Positions 14,445 to 19,409 of a DNA stretch of 19,409 nt are shown piece by piece (position 1 is the first letter of the stretch; each line of letters begins with the position of its first letter). Origin of the DNA: Verrucomicrobiota bacterium (GTDB lineage Bacteria; Verrucomicrobiota; Verrucomicrobiia; Verrucomicrobiales; DEV007); the NCBI GenBank assembly GCA_045046875.1, contig JASFYY010000105.1, forward strand, positions 1 through 19,409. Direction: 5' to 3'. The position numbers and the translations under genes were made by a program. Under the pieces are notes generated by a model. It saw only the letters and a list, made by a program, of their open reading frames with translations, did no database searches and had not been told where the DNA came from.

Positions 14445-16382
14445 ATGAAATTCTCCTCATCTTCAGCCATTCGTTCAACTCTTCTCCTTGCCGCGTTGCC
14501 CTGCTTCATTGGAATCCATTCAGTTCATGCGGCAGACAAAATCAAAAAAGAAGATGCCGTCACCGTGTCCACCACCACTGAAGTGGATGATGACAACCAA
14601 ATAGAAAAGACCGTCTGGGTAGCTAGCAAATCTCCCAAAGCAGCTTCATCTGTGTCTCCGTCCGTTGATTCAGTATCCGGCGGAGAATTAAAAGTTCGTC
14701 AACTCTACCAATTGGAAGATGTGCTGAGTTTTATGCCTGGTGTATCGGTGGTTCAGACTGGTCAGACAGGGGGTCAGACCTCTTTGTTTATCCGGGGCAT
14801 GGAGAGCAATCACACGGTGACCTTATTGAATGGTCGACGTTTGGCACCCGGTTTGGCAGGCACATACAACATGGAGTTGCTCGACACCACCTTTCTCGAA
14901 AGTGTCGAGCTCTATCGCGGGCCGATTTCCTCCCTCTACGGATCTGACGCCATCGCGGGTGCTTTGAATCTACAGATGACTGACGCCCGCCAGGTAGCGG
15001 ACGGCACTCAAGGTCAACTGTTCATCGAAGGCGGTTCGTTTGAGACCTCGCGGATCGGCTCACAACTCACTTACGGCCAAGGCCCGGTTGGTGTGGTGAT
15101 CGATGCGTCGTTCCTTGATACGGCAAACGACCAGCCGCAAAATGATTTTCGTAATTTTAATCTACGATCCAACATCGCAATTGAACTCGCCGAAGGTGTG
15201 ACTTTTGATCTGCTCGGATATCTGCAGGATTCCCTATTGCAAGTTCCGGGTTCGACGCTGAGTGATTTCTATCCTGAAGGCCAGCTCAATGACAACCGCA
15301 CCTGGTTGTTATCACCACGATTGACGATCGAACGTGATAGCTGGGATTTGTCGGCTTATTATTCGTATAACGAAAATCGCCTCAATGCCACACAGGATGT
15401 TTTTTTGCAAGACAATCGACTTGAGCAGACTTCGAATGAGGTCGAGGTCAAACTGAACATCCACCCGACTGACAATGGCATCTACACGGTCGGCGTCGCA
15501 TATTTTGATTATGACTTCTCCCGCACCCCTTTGGTCAATGGAGCTTTTAATACGCCCGGAGCTAAAGAATATGGTTATTTCAGCTTTTTTGGACAGGCGG
15601 ATGTTGATTTACCTTTGAATCTCAATTTGCTCGCCAGTGCACGTTGGGATGAACATGATTCTTTCGAAAGTAAAGGCACCTATTCTGTTCAACTCGCTCA
15701 CCAAATCGAAGCAACAGATACCCAGTTGTTTGCTAAAGTGGCTACTGGATACAAAGCTCCTTCCGGTCAGGATTTTGTTTTTCTCGCTCCCTCGGTCGAT
15801 CCCAATTCCCTGTCACCAGAAGAGAGCTTTTCATACGAATTTGGTATTCGTCAAAATTTGCCAAATAGAATGGGCAACCTCACCGCAATTTATTTTAATA
15901 CCGACATTGAAAATCTCATCGACTCGGTGGGCTTCCCTTCATTTCCCTCGCAAGTGGATACCCAGATGGATGGTTTTGAATTCGGCCTGAACTTGACCCC
16001 AGTGCGCGGTCTGTCTATTTACACCAACTACACTTATCTGAATGCGGTGATCACCCGTGGACAATACCTCGGTGGTTTCGGTGGAGGTCCAGGTGATCGT
16101 CTTTCTCGCCGACCTCGCCATACCCTCAGCGGAGGTTTTATTTATCGTACGTTAGACTGGAAATTTGGCGCCGAACTGCGCGGGGGTTATGATCGCTACG
16201 ATGGCCCCGGCACCTCGTTGGGTGACTACACTGTGGCCCGGGTTTACGGCAGTTATTATTTGAAGGACAATGTTGAGCTTTTTGCTCGCGCTGAAAACGT
16301 CTTTGACGAAAATTATCAAACCACCACCGGTTACCGGGCAACCGGGTTCGGCGCCTTTGGTGGCATTAGGCTAACGTTCTAA
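14445..16382 (+). CDS. btuB: TonB-dependent outer-membrane receptor, BtuB (cobalamin)-like
   Basis: Signal peptide (SVHA|AD). Plug motif PGVSVVQTG..GGQTSLFIRGMESNHTVTLLNGRRL and VELYRGPISSLYGSDAIAG resemble E. coli BtuB. C-terminal ENVFDENYQT..GY...G......LTF ends in Phe. Lies directly upstream of metH. Confidence 0.8.
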   Translation: MKFSSSSAIRSTLLLAALPCFIGIHSVHAADKIKKEDAVTVSTTTEVDDDNQIEKTVWVASKSPKAASSVSPSVDSVSGGELKVRQLYQLEDVLSFMPGVSVVQTGQTGGQTSLFIRGMESNHTVTLLNGRRLAPGLAGTYNMELLDTTFLESVELYRGPISSLYGSDAIAGALNLQMTDARQVADGTQGQLFIEGGSFETSRIGSQLTYGQGPVGVVIDASFLDTANDQPQNDFRNFNLRSNIAIELAEGVTFDLLGYLQDSLLQVPGSTLSDFYPEGQLNDNRTWLLSPRLTIERDSWDLSAYYSYNENRLNATQDVFLQDNRLEQTSNEVEVKLNIHPTDNGIYTVGVAYFDYDFSRTPLVNGAFNTPGAKEYGYFSFFGQADVDLPLNLNLLASARWDEHDSFESKGTYSVQLAHQIEATDTQLFAKVATGYKAPSGQDFVFLAPSVDPNSLSPEESFSYEFGIRQNLPNRMGNLTAIYFNTDIENLIDSVGFPSFPSQVDTQMDGFEFGLNLTPVRGLSIYTNYTYLNAVITRGQYLGGFGGGPGDRLSRRPRHTLSGGFIYRTLDWKFGAELRGGYDRYDGPGTSLGDYTVARVYGSYYLKDNVELFARAENVFDENYQTTTGYRATGFGAFGGIRLTF

Positions 16383-16421
16383 AACAAGCTCCACTTCTGT
16401 GCAACTCTGCCAGGCTTCGCC

Positions 16422-16453
16422 AAAGCCGCTATCATCAGATAGCGGCTTTTTTT
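16422..16453 (+). terminator. Rho-independent terminator after the btuB-like gene
   Basis: Perfect 12-bp stem AAAGCCGCTATC-atca-GATAGCGGCTTT running into a T7 tract (16447-16453). Confidence 0.88.
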
Positions 16454-16533
16454 GTCGATTGCCCTGCTATCAAAACTTTCGCAATCGACAGATGCAGAAT
16501 GACCAGCACGTTGCATAGTAAGGCATTAAGGCC

Positions 16534-19409
16534 ATGTCTGAACATCCATTACAAAAACTACTGAGTGAACGCATCATCGTACTCGATGGAGCGATGGGAA
16601 CCACCATCCGGGAATACAAACTCGACGAAGGCGCTGCCCGTGGAGAACGATTCAAAGACAACGACAAAGATCTGCTCAATAACGGTGACATCCTCTCGAT
16701 CACCCAGCCGGATGTCATCGCCGATATCCACAAGCGTTTCTACGAAGCCGGCTCGGACATTGTCGAAACCAATACCTTCTCCGCCACCACTCTCGCCCAA
16801 TCAGAGTTTTTTGTTCCTGATCCACGGGAGACCGGTGGCCGCAAGGATCCTGAGTTTTTTGACAAGGAAATATGCAACAACGCCTTTCTGTTAGACCTGG
16901 CTTGGGACATCAATGTCAAATCGGCGCAGTTAGCACGTATCGAAGCTGACAAAGTCGCCGAGGCGACCGGCAAACCCCGCTACGTAGCCGGAGCGATCGG
17001 ACCGATGACCGTATCTCTGACCAACTCTCCCGACGCTGATGATCCCGGCTTCCGGGTGGTCAATTTTGACCAGGTGGCCGAAGCTTACCGCCACCAGATT
17101 CGTGGTCTCATTGAGGGTGGTTGCGACCTGCTGATGGTCGAAACCATCTTTGACTCACTCAATGCCAAAGCCGCACTGGTAGCGATTCAGGAAGTGTACG
17201 AAGCCGACGGAATCGAATTGCCTATCATTGTCTCGGCAGCGGTTGGACGTGGCGGTGAAACGATGATCTCGGCACAAAAAGGCGAAGCCCTGTGGAACGC
17301 CGTGGCTCACGTCAAACCCCTCGCCATCGGCCTCAACTGCTCACTCGGCCCCGATTTGATCCGTCCCCATCTGATCGATCTATCGGCGATCGCCGAAGCC
17401 GCCGTTTCAGTTTATCCCAACGCCGGCTTGCCCAATCCACTCGCCCCCACCGGATTCGATCTCAAACCTGCCGATATGGAAAAATGGTTGGACGAATTTG
17501 CCAGCGAAGGCCTGGTCAACTTCATTGGCGGCTGCTGCGGCAATACACCCGAGCACATCGCCGCCATCGCCAAAGTGGCCGAGCGCCACCCGCCACGCGA
17601 AATCCCGAAACCTGAACCGCTGATGCGTTTGAGCGGCTCGGAAGTTTACAACCATACGCCTGACAAAGGTTTCCTGATGATTGGGGAAAGAACCAACGTC
17701 GCCGGTTCGCCGCGTTTTGCCCGATTGATCAAAGAGGGCAAACTCGAAGAAGCAGTGGCCATCGCCCGCCAACAAGTCGAAAACGGCGCCAACGTCATCG
17801 ACATCTGCATGGATGAAGGCATGATCGACGGCGTCGAAATGATGACCAAGTTTCTCAACATGCTCGCCGGAGAGCCCGATGTTGCAGCGGTTCCGATCAC
17901 GGTTGATTCCTCGAAATTTGCAGTTTGCGAGGCTGGTCTGAAATGCCTGCAAGGCAAAGGCATCGTCAATTCGATATCACTTAAAGAAGGCGAAGAAGCT
18001 TTCATAAAGAACGCCCGTATTATTCAGCGTTATGGCGCTGCCGCAGTGGTGATGGCTTTTGACGACAAAGGACAGGCCGCCACTTACGAAGATAAAATCC
18101 GCATCTGCGAACGAGCCTACCGCATTCTTGTCGATGAAGTTGGATTCAATCCCGAGGATATTATTTTTGATCCCAACATCCTCACCGTCGCCACTGGCAT
18201 GGAGGAGCACAACAATTACGCCGTTGACTTCATCGAAGCCACCCGCTGGATCAAACAAAACCTGCCGGGAGCAAAAATCAGTGGTGGGGTGAGTAATATT
18301 TCCTTCAGTTTCCGTGGTAATAATACCGTGCGTGAAGCGATGCACTCCGCTTTCCTTTACCACGCCACCCGGGCGGGAATGGATATGGGCATCGTCAATG
18401 CCGGCATGCTGGAGATCTACGACGACATCCCCAAGGATCTGCTCGATAAAGTCGAAGACGTACTACTCAACCGCCGCCCCGACGCCACCGACATTCTTTT
18501 GGACTATGCCGAAGAACTCAAAAATACCGGCGGCGACAAAAAGAAAAAAGGCAGCAGCGCCAACCTCGAATGGCGTGACGGCTCGGTCGAAGACCGCATT
18601 GCCCATGCTCTGGTTAAAGGCATCACCGATTTCATCGAAGCCGACACCGAAGAAGCTCGCGCGGCACTCGGCAGACCTTTGGCAGTGATCGAAGGCCCGC
18701 TGATGGGCGGCATGAAAGTGGTGGGCAAATTATTTGGTGATGGGAAAATGTTCCTGCCCCAGGTGGTCAAAAGCGCACGCGTGATGAAAAAAGCCGTCGC
18801 TTATCTGACACCTTTCATGGAAGCTGACAAAGCCGCCAGCGGCGAGGTCTCGAAAGCTCCGGTTTTTGTCATCGCCACGGTCAAAGGCGATGTTCACGAC
18901 ATTGGAAAAAATATCGTCGGAGTGGTTCTCAGCTGCAACGGCTATGAAGTTCACGACCTCGGCGTGATGGTCGATTGTGACACTATTTTAACCAAATCCA
19001 AAGAGCTCAAAGCTGACATCATCGGCATGAGCGGACTGATCACCCCCTCTCTTGATGAGATGATCTACAACGCCAAGGAGATGAAACGGCTGAAATTCAC
19101 TCAGCCGATGCTGGTAGGCGGAGCGACCACCAGCCCCGCCCACACGGCGATCAAAATTTCCGAACACTACAATGGACCCGTGGTGCAGGTTGGCGATGCC
19201 TCGCTGGTGGTCGGTGTCTGCAACAGCCTTCTATCGGATAACCTGCGCGAAGATTTTCTCGCCAATCACAAAAAACAAGAAGTGCGTGAGCGGGAATTGT
19301 TTGCCAACAGAGGCAGCACCGCCACTTATCTGCCCATCGAAAAAGCACGCAAAAAGAAATTTCAAATCGATTGGAAAGCAGATGATCTGCCACAATCTCC
19401 GGAAATTGG
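16534..19409 (+). CDS. metH: Cobalamin-dependent methionine synthase MetH (3' truncated by window edge; absent from the supplied ORF track)
   Basis: Open frame from ATG 16534 ([23 protein letters not shown]). Hcy-binding domain (ETNTF, GLNCSLG, YPNAGLP, GGCCG), pterin-binding domain ([27 protein letters not shown]), cap domain ([14 protein letters not shown]) and B12-binding motif [15 protein letters not shown] with SGLITPSL and GGATTS. No stop before the window end. Confidence 0.97.
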   Translation, partial: MSEHPLQKLLSERIIVLDGAMGTTIREYKLDEGAARGERFKDNDKDLLNNGDILSITQPDVIADIHKRFYEAGSDIVETNTFSATTLAQSEFFVPDPRETGGRKDPEFFDKEICNNAFLLDLAWDINVKSAQLARIEADKVAEATGKPRYVAGAIGPMTVSLTNSPDADDPGFRVVNFDQVAEAYRHQIRGLIEGGCDLLMVETIFDSLNAKAALVAIQEVYEADGIELPIIVSAAVGRGGETMISAQKGEALWNAVAHVKPLAIGLNCSLGPDLIRPHLIDLSAIAEAAVSVYPNAGLPNPLAPTGFDLKPADMEKWLDEFASEGLVNFIGGCCGNTPEHIAAIAKVAERHPPREIPKPEPLMRLSGSEVYNHTPDKGFLMIGERTNVAGSPRFARLIKEGKLEEAVAIARQQVENGANVIDICMDEGMIDGVEMMTKFLNMLAGEPDVAAVPITVDSSKFAVCEAGLKCLQGKGIVNSISLKEGEEAFIKNARIIQRYGAAAVVMAFDDKGQAATYEDKIRICERAYRILVDEVGFNPEDIIFDPNILTVATGMEEHNNYAVDFIEATRWIKQNLPGAKISGGVSNISFSFRGNNTVREAMHSAFLYHATRAGMDMGIVNAGMLEIYDDIPKDLLDKVEDVLLNRRPDATDILLDYAEELKNTGGDKKKKGSSANLEWRDGSVEDRIAHALVKGITDFIEADTEEARAALGRPLAVIEGPLMGGMKVVGKLFGDGKMFLPQVVKSARVMKKAVAYLTPFMEADKAASGEVSKAPVFVIATVKGDVHDIGKNIVGVVLSCNGYEVHDLGVMVDCDTILTKSKELKADIIGMSGLITPSLDEMIYNAKEMKRLKFTQPMLVGGATTSPAHTAIKISEHYNGPVVQVGDASLVVGVCNSLLSDNLREDFLANHKKQEVRERELFANRGSTATYLPIEKARKKKFQIDWKADDLPQSPEI

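Noticed and set aside
16454..16533. SAM-I/II/V or SAH riboswitch upstream of metH
   Set aside because: Only ~80 nt are available after the terminator, and none of the consensus cores are recognisable.
16470..19393. Short ORFs listed in the track across the metH region
   Set aside because: All overlap the continuous metH frame starting at 16534, which the track missed because it has no stop within the window.

Overview
Bacterial chromosomal window, most consistent with a Verrucomicrobiota/PVC-superphylum genome. This is an inference from the PSCyt/DUF1549-DUF1553 + DUF1501 pair and an insertion in MetH. In order: the 3' end of a ComM/YifB AAA+ ATPase; a secreted hypothetical protein; a minus-strand operon of IclR regulator, PSCyt c-type cytochrome/LamG protein and Tat-exported DUF1501 protein; a divergent pyruvate carboxylase (pyc); a ~420-bp intergenic block of nested inverted repeats; a convergent SulP/SLC26 transporter with a highly structured 5' leader; and a B12 cluster (DUF6580 membrane protein, BtuB-like TonB-dependent receptor, terminator, and metH, which runs off the window and is missing from the ORF track). 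No rRNA, tRNA, CRISPR array or transposase was seen. Best leads: the nested inverted-repeat element at 11183-11607, the candidate cis-regulatory RNA upstream of sulP, a 14-mer shared upstream of pyc and sulP, and a possible BtuCDF-independent, riboswitch-less B12 uptake route using DUF6580. All family assignments come from motif recognition by eye, not from database searches.
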